Assembly: GCA_040900105.1 (NCBI GenBank)
Contig: JBBDZP010000053.1
Span: 3,726 to 66,875, forward strand
Direction: 5' to 3'
Length of the DNA: 63,150 nucleotides
DNA from: Candidatus Levyibacteriota bacterium
GTDB taxonomy: Bacteria > Patescibacteriota > Microgenomatia > Levybacterales > UBA12049
Shown here: piece by piece, positions 9,129 through 17,826 of the stretch
Layout: each line of letters starts with the position of its first letter
Numbering within the stretch: the stretch's first letter is position 1
Translations under genes and position numbers: made by a program
The notes under the pieces: model-generated
Database searches by the model: none
Seen by the model: only the letters and a program-made list of their open reading frames with translations
What the model was told of the DNA's origin: nothing

Positions 9129-10197
9129 AAAATTCTTTTATGTGGACGCAAATTGAAATTATATCAGAATCTGAAAGAAAAGTAGAGGATGGAAGCCACA
9201 GGCCATGTACCGATGCCCAAAGTGAATTTGGAAACTTTTCCCCAGATTTATATGGTTTTGTTGTATGAATGGCCGGATAGAAAAGCCTTGTTCCAACATC
9301 TTTACTTTTTAAGTATTTCGACAGCTCAACAGGATCATCAACAATAATATCTATAAACCATGGAGAAGTTTCCCCCAAATCAGTATTAAGGAAAGATACT
9401 TTAGGCAAGCCCTCAAGCTGTTTTTTGTATAAGGAGTACATTTCTTTTTTCCTCTTCAACCGCCAGTCCAACTTTCTCATTTGCGCAATTCCCATTGCTG
9501 CTTGAATATCTGTAAACTTAAAGTTGTAGCCTATTTCATCATGATCTTGTGAGTTTCTATCTATCCTCCCAAAGTCTTTAATTCCTACAATCTTATCGCT
9601 AAGTTCCTTACTGTCTGTAACCAGAGCCCCACCCTGTCCGGTTGTTATGACTTTTGGCGTGCTAAAGGAAAAACTTCCAATTTGTCCAAACGTTCCCAGG
9701 TGTTTTCCTTTGTAGTAACTTCCCAAAGCTTGAGCAGCGTCCTCAAGAATAAAGAGATTATACTTCTTTCCAATTTCCATAAGTCTTTCCATATCAGGAG
9801 ACCTACCATTAATAGGAACCGACATAATTACTTTTGTTTTTTTTGTTATTTTTTCCTCAACTTGATCTAAATCAAGACATAAATTCTCCTTTTCTATATC
9901 AACAAAAACAGGCTTTGCTCCGGCCATTACGACTGCATTGGGGCTTGCTACCATTGTAAAATCCGGAACAATTACTTCATCTCCAGCTCCTATACCCAGA
10001 GCTTTTAATCCCGCGAATAAAGAAACCGTTCCGTTGGAAAAAGTGTGTGCGTAGCGACTGCCAACGAAGGCACTAATCTGATCCTCAAACTCTTTTGTTT
10101 TAGAAGCCTCCGTTATCCAGCCGGAGTCAAGAACTTTACTGATTTCTTCTTTTTCTTCTTCGCCAATCCATGGCTCCATTTGGTTAATTCTTTTCAT
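9115..10197 (-). CDS. DegT/DnrJ/EryC1/StrS-family PLP-dependent sugar aminotransferase
   Basis: 360 aa. EDAAQALG, then FSFSTPKVITTGQGG (candidate PLP lysine), and N-terminal GWITE...EFE. Confidence 0.8.
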   Translation of the reverse strand: MKRINQMEPWIGEEEKEEISKVLDSGWITEASKTKEFEDQISAFVGSRYAHTFSNGTVSLFAGLKALGIGAGDEVIVPDFTMVASPNAVVMAGAKPVFVDIEKENLCLDLDQVEEKITKKTKVIMSVPINGRSPDMERLMEIGKKYNLFILEDAAQALGSYYKGKHLGTFGQIGSFSFSTPKVITTGQGGALVTDSKELSDKIVGIKDFGRIDRNSQDHDEIGYNFKFTDIQAAMGIAQMRKLDWRLKRKKEMYSLYKKQLEGLPKVSFLNTDLGETSPWFIDIIVDDPVELSKYLKSKDVGTRLFYPAIHTTKPYKSGEKFPNSLWASVHGLWLPSSTFLSDSDIISICVHIKEFYEKN

Positions 10198-10200
10198 GAG

Positions 10201-11181
10201 TTAAGAAAGTACATCTTCGTTTAGCCAAGAGGTATATCTTTCATCATATAAATTGCTAAAAACGTTATTTTTGACTGCCCAGAACATCTCATCAATCCCA
10301 TCTGTTACTTTCCTTTTAGGAACAAAGCCCAGTACTCTTTTTATTTTTTCGAAAGAAACTCTATAGTCTCTATTATCCGGAAGTCCCCCTTGCTTATCAA
10401 CAATGACATCAGGCACATATTTTTTGATTATATTCACAAGCTCTATCTTTTGATAATTTTCAGTCCCTACATTAAAAATCTCACTCTCCACCTTTGTCCC
10501 ATCGGCATCTAATACGGCAATTAGAGCCTCGGCGGCATCTTCCGTGTGGGTATATGGTCTCCATGCCTCTTCCTTGTAAAGAAGTAGTCTTTTCTTTACA
10601 AATGCTTCCCTAACCATTTCATTAATAAGCAAGTTAAAGCGCATGCGCGGAGAGAGTCCAAAAATTGTTGCAAGCCTCAAAATTGTTACAGAGAATTTAT
10701 CATTGGATAGTTTAAGGAGATCCTTCTCCGCATCTATTTTAGTTTCTGCGTATAAAGACAGTGCGTTAAGGGGAGATTCTTCTGTTGCCAAATCATTTAA
10801 GTTCGATACACCATAGTTGCTGCACGTTGAGGAGAATATGAATCTCTTTATTCCTTTTTCTCTAGCAACTTCTGCCACACGAACAGTTGACTCATGGTTA
10901 ATTTGTTTTGTTAAAATAGGATTGGGACTACAAGCAGGTTCGCCTACCAAAGCTGCCAGATGGAAAACCGCATCTATTCCCTCAAATGAGTCGGATAATG
11001 TCTCTACTTTCCTAACATCTGCTTTGATAAAGGTAAATTTTTTGTTGTAGATAAATGGTAGTATGCTTTCTCCGCCAAACATTAATGCGTCCAGTACGGT
11101 AGCTTCATGTCCTCTTTCCAAAAGTTTGCCTACTAATACACTGCCCAAGTATCCGGCTCCGCCGGTAACTAATATTTTCAT
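10201..11181 (-). CDS. NAD-dependent epimerase/dehydratase (extended SDR)
   Basis: MKILVTGGAGYLGS and YAETK (YxxxK). The track ORF extends to a TTG at 11307, inside the upstream GT2. The ATG at 11181 gives the canonical SDR N-terminus and an ATGA overlap with the upstream stop (11178..11181). Confidence 0.8.
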   Translation of the reverse strand: MKILVTGGAGYLGSVLVGKLLERGHEATVLDALMFGGESILPFIYNKKFTFIKADVRKVETLSDSFEGIDAVFHLAALVGEPACSPNPILTKQINHESTVRVAEVAREKGIKRFIFSSTCSNYGVSNLNDLATEESPLNALSLYAETKIDAEKDLLKLSNDKFSVTILRLATIFGLSPRMRFNLLINEMVREAFVKKRLLLYKEEAWRPYTHTEDAAEALIAVLDADGTKVESEIFNVGTENYQKIELVNIIKKYVPDVIVDKQGGLPDNRDYRVSFEKIKRVLGFVPKRKVTDGIDEMFWAVKNNVFSNLYDERYTSWLNEDVLS

Positions 11182-12017
11182 TTCCTGTTGCCTCTTTTCC
11201 GAGTTAATATTCCTTTTATAAATCCAATAAATCCGGCTGCTTGTTCGCCAAGCAACATTATCATCATACCAAAAGTGAGCTTGGGATTTCTTGTCAAAAG
11301 TTTCCAATTCCTATAGAAAGCGGGCCTTAAAAGATAAATAACCTGCTGGGCGGTAAGTTTGACAGGGTGATCATTGCTTAGATAATCAGGAACTTTCAAA
11401 CCGTAATAATACTTTTTCTTCATAAGAGTAAGTAAGGACACCCTCCCTTCATCATGAGATATAAAACTTTTCACTCTTCCGATTCTATATTTTTTTTTGA
11501 TTCTCTGGGGCAGGTCCCAATCTTCCGGCCCTGTTATTTTCTTATCGTACCCTCCAAACTCCCAAAAAACTTCCTTTTTAAAAAATCTTGCGGCTTCAAT
11601 AGACGAATCACCTTCATAGAGACTTCTCTCAAATGCTTTAACTTTTGTCCAGTATCCTTCCCCTACGGACTTCTCCGGAATAACAACAGCGCCGACTTGA
11701 CTAATTTCCATCTTCTTAGCACATTCCATTACTACGTTTTTTGTTAAGATCATATCTGCGTCTATGAATAATAGATACTCACCCTTTGCTTTTCTGGCGC
11801 CGAAATTTCTCTGAGCGCTCCTTTCGGGACCAAAGTTATAGACGTATTTTGTATATTTCCTAGATATTTGCTTCGTCCCATCAGACGAATTATTGTCAAC
11901 AACGATTACCTCTAATTTTCTATAAGATTGTTGAGAGATACTCTTAAGACATGCACCTATGTGACTTTGCTCATTTTTAGTAGTCACAACAATAGAGACA
12001 AGGGGATTATTTGACAT
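11178..12017 (-). CDS. GT2 glycosyltransferase
   Basis: LVSIVVTTKNE, VVDNNSSDGT and FIDADM (DxD). The track start at 12038 is a GTG. The first ATG (12017, MSNNPLVSIVV) is preceded on the coding strand by TATAAT. Confidence 0.8.
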   Translation of the reverse strand: MSNNPLVSIVVTTKNEQSHIGACLKSISQQSYRKLEVIVVDNNSSDGTKQISRKYTKYVYNFGPERSAQRNFGARKAKGEYLLFIDADMILTKNVVMECAKKMEISQVGAVVIPEKSVGEGYWTKVKAFERSLYEGDSSIEAARFFKKEVFWEFGGYDKKITGPEDWDLPQRIKKKYRIGRVKSFISHDEGRVSLLTLMKKKYYYGLKVPDYLSNDHPVKLTAQQVIYLLRPAFYRNWKLLTRNPKLTFGMMIMLLGEQAAGFIGFIKGILTRKRGNRK

Positions 12018-12052
12018 AATTATTGGATTATTATACACTATCTTGAGGCTAA

Positions 12053-12616
12053 ATGAAAAACGTATTTATATTTCTCGCACTCTCGATTGTTGTTCTTTTC
12101 TCTACAGGAACTGCCTTGGGAAAAGAAACTCTTGAGGAAGTGATAGATATTTCGAGCAAATCGGCTACAATAAAATACGATCTGGCATACCCTGGAATCT
12201 TACCCAACAATCCACTTTACAAATTAAAGGTTCTTAGAGACAAGATAACAGCACTGCTTATAAGTGACCCCTTGAAACGGGCAGAATTCTATCTTCTCCA
12301 AACAGATAAGGGAATTTTGGCAACTGCTATGCTTGTTGATAAAGGTGAAGCAAAATTAGCGGGAGAGACGGCTCTTAAAACCGAACACAACATGACCTTG
12401 CTTACTTACGAACTTAAGAGAATTACAAAAAAACCCAATTCCGATTTTATAAATAAATTGAAAACGGCATCTTTAAAACATCAGGAAGTCTTGAGTTCCT
12501 TGATTGAACGAGTGGCTCCGGATGAGCAGAAGACATTCACTACGGTAGTCAACTTTTCAAAAACAAATCTAGAGACCATAGAAAAATTTGAAAAAAAGAA
12601 GTTCTTGGCAAACTAA
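12053..12616 (+). CDS. Small secreted/anchored protein, DUF5667-like
   Basis: N-terminal signal or anchor MKNVFIFLALSIVVLFSTGTALG. PGILPNNPLYKLKVLRDKI motif, then a helical region. GAGG 5 nt upstream of the ATG. Resembles 29827..30354. Confidence 0.6.
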   Translation: MKNVFIFLALSIVVLFSTGTALGKETLEEVIDISSKSATIKYDLAYPGILPNNPLYKLKVLRDKITALLISDPLKRAEFYLLQTDKGILATAMLVDKGEAKLAGETALKTEHNMTLLTYELKRITKKPNSDFINKLKTASLKHQEVLSSLIERVAPDEQKTFTTVVNFSKTNLETIEKFEKKKFLAN

Positions 12617-13542
12617 TGATTTCTTATTCTATAGTTATCCCCGTAAAGGATGAGGCAGAATCAATTCCTACTCTCTATAAAGAAATAAAAGAAGTCTTCG
12701 ATAAGCTAAATAGACAATATGAGATTATTTTTATTGATGATGGATCAACAGATAAGTCTTCTCATATAATATCTACTCTGCAAAAAACCGATAGGAATAT
12801 CAACCTAGTTAAGTTTAGGGCCAATTTTGGCAAGTCAAAGGCTTTATCTGCTGGTTTTAGTGAGACAAAGGGAGAGTTGATCATAATAATGGATGCAGAC
12901 CTTCAGGATGATCCGAGAGATGTTCTTAAACTTCTTACAAAAATAGATGATGGTTATGATTTAGTGTCTGGGTGGAGAAAAAATAGAGCCGACAGCTTAA
13001 CAAAGCGTGTCTCAAGTTATCTTTTCAACAGAGGAACCTCTTTCATTTCGGGAGTTAAGATTCATGATTTTAACTGTGGACTTAAGGCTTTTAAAAAAGA
13101 GGTGGCAGATGAATTATTTCTTCATGGCGAATTGCACAGATTTATTCCGGTACTTGCTAAAAAGAGGAAATTTAAGGTAACGGAAATAGAGGTAAATAAT
13201 AGACCAAGAAAATTCGGTGAATCAAAATTTGGAAAGTTGGGAATTGCAAGAGGATGGAAAGGAATGCTGGACCTTCTAACAGCAATTTTTATAACTGACT
13301 ACTTAGACAAACCTGCTCATTTTTTTGGGGCAATAGGATTAAGTTTTTTTTCTATTGGATTTTTGATGGATTTATATGTAAGTTACATAAAATTGACAAC
13401 AGGAACAACCCAGGGAAGACTTCCATTACTTCTTGCAGGAGTATTATTTATTTTGCTTGGTATTCAATTAATATCAACCGGTCTTATTGCGGAAATGATG
13501 TCTCACTATCTTTCTTTAAGAAAAAAAAGCAGCTTAAGATAA
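12616..13542 (+). CDS. GT2 polyprenyl-phosphate sugar synthase (GtrB/ArnC/DPM1-like) with C-terminal membrane anchor
   Basis: YSIVIPVKDE, FIDDGSTDKS and MDADLQDDP, plus two C-terminal hydrophobic helices (FFGAIGLSFFSIGFLM and LLLAGVLFILLGIQLISTGLI), the classic GtrB/ArnC layout. TAATG overlap with the upstream gene. Confidence 0.8.
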   Translation: MISYSIVIPVKDEAESIPTLYKEIKEVFDKLNRQYEIIFIDDGSTDKSSHIISTLQKTDRNINLVKFRANFGKSKALSAGFSETKGELIIIMDADLQDDPRDVLKLLTKIDDGYDLVSGWRKNRADSLTKRVSSYLFNRGTSFISGVKIHDFNCGLKAFKKEVADELFLHGELHRFIPVLAKKRKFKVTEIEVNNRPRKFGESKFGKLGIARGWKGMLDLLTAIFITDYLDKPAHFFGAIGLSFFSIGFLMDLYVSYIKLTTGTTQGRLPLLLAGVLFILLGIQLISTGLIAEMMSHYLSLRKKSSLR

Positions 13543-13564
13543 TCCTTCAAGGGAATAATTCTTT

Positions 13565-15637
13565 CTACTTAAATCCGTAAATTTTAATATTCTCAACAAT
13601 CTTAAAACATGAATTTTCATCGTAGAAATTGATTCTTATATATTTAATGTTTTTATTTGCGAAATAATATATATATTCATTATTCTTCTGATATGTCGGA
13701 AAATAAAGTAAGACTCCTTGATCAGAAAGACTGTAATCAAGAACATCCCATGAGAGATTGTCCTCTGAAACCTCTATGGAACCTTCTTTTTCCTTAGCAC
13801 ATTCTCCGCTGAATCTTAATCTCATTTCTGTCATGTAATAATTTTTATCAAGCTCAATTGCCAGAGTATTTTCTTCAAGATGGTGCGACGGGTTCTCCTG
13901 CAATAAGAATGTGTCCTTGTACTCCTCTCGGGTATGTTCTGTGTCATTTTTCCATATCTTTAAAATTGACACGCCATCTACATCAACTTGATAAACCGGA
14001 ATTAAAAAATTATTCAGATACTGTAGGAAGTATTCATCTTCATATCCGCTATTATGTGTCAGGCCGATAATATATTCTCCTTTTCTTTGCATGGCGCTTC
14101 TGTAAAGATTTGAATGAGCGATATCCTCTCTAAATAGAGTCTCCGGAATATTTGCCCCCGATCCAAAATTAATTGCTACTTTAGCATTTTTTTCCGCATT
14201 CGCGTTTATCCAGCGGACCGCTTGTCTGTATGGATTACCCATGCTATCTCCCCAACCTGGCAGACTTTTATCTCTTGCTCCCTTAAGTCCTCCAATAATA
14301 GGATTAAAATAAACATCTTCATTAGGATGAATTGATATAAGCTTAAAAGTTATGGGAAGAAATGTAAGAATGATAACAAATTGCAGTAGAAATAATGGCT
14401 TAATAGCTAGATGGCTAAATAGTTTTGATTTTCTAACAATGTAGCTATGCAATACGGTAACCATGTAACTTGCTCCAATTCCACAAAGAATTGCCATTGC
14501 CGGAATATATTCCATAATTTGCCTTACTCCTCCATAGATGCCAGCATTAGGTATAGAAACTCTAAGTATTGGAAAGAGAAACCAGAGTAATACAAGAAGG
14601 GAGAACTTTTGCTTCTCTTTAATTCCCTTAGTAAATATATAAAATATTCCCAATGAGGAGAAAAATAGCATTACCAAAGGAGTCGTGTACAAAACCAATT
14701 GCACAGCATATGTATTAATTCTAAAAATCGTTAGAAATCTTGGATCAAAACCAGTGTCAATGCCTATACCCTTATAATAACCTACTACATCCATAAACTT
14801 TTCTATTGGAGATGGCCATAGAAAAGGCCACGATGCAACAAAGATTGAAGACGCAACTGCTATGTACAAGAAAAGGGAAGGGATAAGGAAAGTGAATTTT
14901 TTTAGTTTCTGTCTGAATGAATACAGATAAATGAGCGTCCAAGGTAAAATTATAAAAGGCAAAAATACTGCATTAAATTTTGTACCCCATGCAAATCCAA
15001 AAAATACAGATGAGGCAATCATCCATTTAATGCTTCTTCTTGTTAAGCCTTCATAGAAGGCGATTATAGTCAATGAATAGAATACAGTTTCAGGAATATC
15101 TTTTATGTTATTATGTGCTTCTCCAAGAAATATTGGGTGCAAAGATAGGGATAGAAAAGCAACAAGTCCTGCAAAAAAACCCCAGTATTTTGAAGTCCAC
15201 CAAAAAATTACCCCTACAAGAATTGCAGCAAGAAACAGACTATACACATGGTACGATTCCACATCGCTAATAAATCCTAACTTCTGGAAAAGGACCAGAT
15301 TAAAAAAAGATGCAAAAATGTCCGATAAGGGAGGGTGTCCTCCATCTTTCTCCATAAAAAATTTAAAATTTATTCCGTTATCCATGTATATGCTTCTCCT
15401 GTATATCTCGCTTCTTTCTTTATTAACGGGACTAAAGAACAAGGTATCGTCTTTTTGGGAGTACTTGGAAACTTGCGGTAAATCCCTATAATCCTTATTG
15501 CCTGTTAGGAAGTAATGTAAATATGCTTGCCCTCTATAAAAATGCGTTGCCTCATCCCAATTTGGATTGTAATGAGGCAATACATAAAGACCAGCTATGA
15601 AAAACAGAAAGCCAAAGATAAGTGCAGTTTTTTTCAT
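13565..15637 (-). CDS. GT39/PMT-like GT-C membrane glycosyltransferase with an extra C-terminal beta-sandwich (discoidin/CBM-like) domain
   Basis: 690 aa. First-loop NWDEATHFYRG and DGGHPPLSD resemble the PMT DE and HPPL motifs. Many TM segments. The soluble C-terminal ~130 aa ends ...IRINFYDENSCFKIVENIKIYGFK. Confidence 0.6.
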   Translation of the reverse strand: MKKTALIFGFLFFIAGLYVLPHYNPNWDEATHFYRGQAYLHYFLTGNKDYRDLPQVSKYSQKDDTLFFSPVNKERSEIYRRSIYMDNGINFKFFMEKDGGHPPLSDIFASFFNLVLFQKLGFISDVESYHVYSLFLAAILVGVIFWWTSKYWGFFAGLVAFLSLSLHPIFLGEAHNNIKDIPETVFYSLTIIAFYEGLTRRSIKWMIASSVFFGFAWGTKFNAVFLPFIILPWTLIYLYSFRQKLKKFTFLIPSLFLYIAVASSIFVASWPFLWPSPIEKFMDVVGYYKGIGIDTGFDPRFLTIFRINTYAVQLVLYTTPLVMLFFSSLGIFYIFTKGIKEKQKFSLLVLLWFLFPILRVSIPNAGIYGGVRQIMEYIPAMAILCGIGASYMVTVLHSYIVRKSKLFSHLAIKPLFLLQFVIILTFLPITFKLISIHPNEDVYFNPIIGGLKGARDKSLPGWGDSMGNPYRQAVRWINANAEKNAKVAINFGSGANIPETLFREDIAHSNLYRSAMQRKGEYIIGLTHNSGYEDEYFLQYLNNFLIPVYQVDVDGVSILKIWKNDTEHTREEYKDTFLLQENPSHHLEENTLAIELDKNYYMTEMRLRFSGECAKEKEGSIEVSEDNLSWDVLDYSLSDQGVLLYFPTYQKNNEYIYYFANKNIKYIRINFYDENSCFKIVENIKIYGFK

Positions 15638-15734
15638 TTCAAGACTCAGCGGGGAAAGACATTGTGGCGCTAGTGCTCTTTCTGTAGATCATTAAATCAT
15701 AATACCACAACATTCTTTTGGAAAACAAGTTTTT

Positions 15735-16490
15735 ATGTTAAAATTGACAATAAGGTACAACCATATGAAAACAAGCACTTCCAACTATTGGAATAAAATC
15801 GGAGAATCTTACGCTTCGGCCTGGAGTTATAATGGAAGGCAATACGTTTCCGATCAAGAACTACAATTTTTAAAAAATTCTATTAAAAAATATTTAACCA
15901 AAAAGGAACATGCGGTCAAAGCGCTCGATTTAGGTTGCGGGGCGGGGAGAATACTTTCCGCACTAGAGAACGTTAAAACAATAGATACTCTTATGGGCAT
16001 AGATTTTTCTGATGAGATGCTTCTCTATTGCAAACAAAGATTTATAAATTCAAAAAAAATAAAAAAGCTCATTCATCATGATATCTCAAAAAAACTCCCA
16101 TTTCAAAATGAAACCTTTGACGCTGTCACAAGCTTTCGGGCAGTTAAGTATAATATGAATTGGAAAGATATCATAAAGGAGTGCGAACGAATCCTTAAAA
16201 AGGGCGGTATATTCATTTTTGATATGCCAAATATAAATTCGATCAACCGACTTTCAAACATCGAGGTAGCTATACATAAAACTACACTCAAAGAGCTGAA
16301 GCAAACGCTTGAAAAAACTGGTTTTGAGATTATGGAAATCAAAGGCGGACCTATCCTCCCAGGATTCCTTTACGATACAATTAAAGGACCCATTCTTAAT
16401 GGGGCGATATCCGGTGAAAAGTTTTTTAAAATAATTTTTGGAGAAATATTTTTATCGCGCTTTATTTATATTGCTTGCCGTAAAATTTAA
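15735..16490 (+). CDS. Class I SAM-dependent methyltransferase
   Basis: Motif I ALDLGCGAGRIL, then GIDFSDEM and GGIFIFDMPN. Start is uncertain: ATG 15735, or ATG 15765, which has AAGG upstream. Confidence 0.75.
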   Translation: MLKLTIRYNHMKTSTSNYWNKIGESYASAWSYNGRQYVSDQELQFLKNSIKKYLTKKEHAVKALDLGCGAGRILSALENVKTIDTLMGIDFSDEMLLYCKQRFINSKKIKKLIHHDISKKLPFQNETFDAVTSFRAVKYNMNWKDIIKECERILKKGGIFIFDMPNINSINRLSNIEVAIHKTTLKELKQTLEKTGFEIMEIKGGPILPGFLYDTIKGPILNGAISGEKFFKIIFGEIFLSRFIYIACRKI

Positions 16491-16491
16491 C

Positions 16492-17811
16492 CTACTTTTT
16501 TTCACTTAGTGAATCTATTTGAGCTTGCAGTATGGTTTTCAGCTTAACCAAAATGTTTTTTTGTTTATAGCCGATATTATTTTTCTCTCCTGAATCCTTG
16601 GACAAATCATACAGTTCTTCTTTAACAACTTTGGTATTAACAGGAATTGTTTGAAAAAGATCTTCTTCCTTGCCCTCAAGAGTTTGGATGTATTTATATT
16701 TATTAAAAATTACACCTAACTTCCGCCGGCTTTTTTTAATAATATATTGACCAAATAAATTATCGTCAAAAAAGACAAAATCCCTCCCTTTCTTAGTAGT
16801 TCCTTTAATTAAAGGTAAAAGAGTTACTCCGTCAATTCCTTCTGGCCTATCAATACCAAGTAATTCTAGGATTGTTGGAAATATATCAATATTTTGGATA
16901 AGGGCATTTATCTTTTTAGGAAAAATGGCATTATTATAATAAAAAACAAGAGGAACTTTGACTACGACCTCATAAGGATCATGATGCGCTATGAAAATAT
17001 TGTGTTCGGTAAGACTTTCTCCATGATCAGCAGTAAAGATAATAAGGGTACTGTCTAATTCCCCTACCTTCTTAAGGTGCTCTATTAATCTCCCTATTTC
17101 CCCATCCATAAAACTGATTTCGGCATTGTATCTGTCTTCAATTGAGTTAAAAAGGTACGGGCGCAAGCCTTTAGGTCGTATATATGGAGAATGAGGATCA
17201 CGAAAATGAATATAAAGAAATAATTTTTTATCCTTGTATTTATTAATAACTTTTATTGCATCATCTATCATGGCATCAGCAGGATCCCGTGGAACTACTA
17301 CCTTTGAAAAAAAACAATAGTAAAAACGCACAAAAAGGTCCCGTTTCAAAATCCTGATAGACAAAGCATCCAGGTATCGTAAATATTCAAGAAATTGAAT
17401 GTTTTTACCGGCAATCTTTTTTTCATCTATATCCTTAACAACCTTCCCGCTATAATAGGCAAATCCTCTTTTGTGCCATCTCCCGAAATAATCGATAGCT
17501 GCCGTCTTAAAACCATTTTTTTGTAAAATTTCAGAAAGAAATGGAATTTTTTCTAAATTTCGCTCCTGTTCTTTAATAATCCATTTGCCATGACTAATAA
17601 GTCCAGTCGATATAGGATACCGTCCTGTCATAATCGCAGTAATTGAAGGATCACTTTTTGTGATAGAAGTATATGTATTTGCAAATACTGATCCTTTTTT
17701 ACCTAAACTATCTATCACGGGGGTGGGAGAAGGATTTGCCCCATATAATCCAACATTTTTAGCTCGGAGCGTATCGGCGATAATAAAGATGATTTTTTTT
17801 GGTTTCCTCAT
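16492..17811 (-). CDS. Sulfatase/alkaline-phosphatase-superfamily enzyme with a non-canonical nucleophile motif
   Basis: IIFIIADTLRAKNVGLYG...TPVIDSL and FTADHGESL are typical of the superfamily. The CxPxR position reads S-D-P-S-I (KSDPSITAIMTGRYP). No TM segments. Confidence 0.65.
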   Translation of the reverse strand: MRKPKKIIFIIADTLRAKNVGLYGANPSPTPVIDSLGKKGSVFANTYTSITKSDPSITAIMTGRYPISTGLISHGKWIIKEQERNLEKIPFLSEILQKNGFKTAAIDYFGRWHKRGFAYYSGKVVKDIDEKKIAGKNIQFLEYLRYLDALSIRILKRDLFVRFYYCFFSKVVVPRDPADAMIDDAIKVINKYKDKKLFLYIHFRDPHSPYIRPKGLRPYLFNSIEDRYNAEISFMDGEIGRLIEHLKKVGELDSTLIIFTADHGESLTEHNIFIAHHDPYEVVVKVPLVFYYNNAIFPKKINALIQNIDIFPTILELLGIDRPEGIDGVTLLPLIKGTTKKGRDFVFFDDNLFGQYIIKKSRRKLGVIFNKYKYIQTLEGKEEDLFQTIPVNTKVVKEELYDLSKDSGEKNNIGYKQKNILVKLKTILQAQIDSLSEKK

Positions 17812-17826
17812 TTAACTGTCCGTTAT

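Noticed and set aside
11182-11307. N-terminal 42-codon extension of the SDR gene (track ORF 10201..11307)
   Set aside because: It starts at a TTG inside the upstream GT2 gene. The canonical SDR N-terminus MKILVTGGAGYLGS begins at the ATG at 11181, which forms an ATGA overlap with the upstream stop.
15744-15749. A perfect TTGACA as the -35 box for the methyltransferase gene at 15735/15765
   Set aside because: No -10-like hexamer lies 16-18 nt downstream (gaaaac and neighbours). The site lies inside the ORF if the ATG at 15735 is used.
16492-17811. Annotating the sulfatase-fold protein simply as an arylsulfatase
   Set aside because: The formylglycine-directing C/S-x-P-x-R motif is replaced by S-D-P-S-I and the protein appears cytoplasmic. 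I kept only the superfamily-level call.
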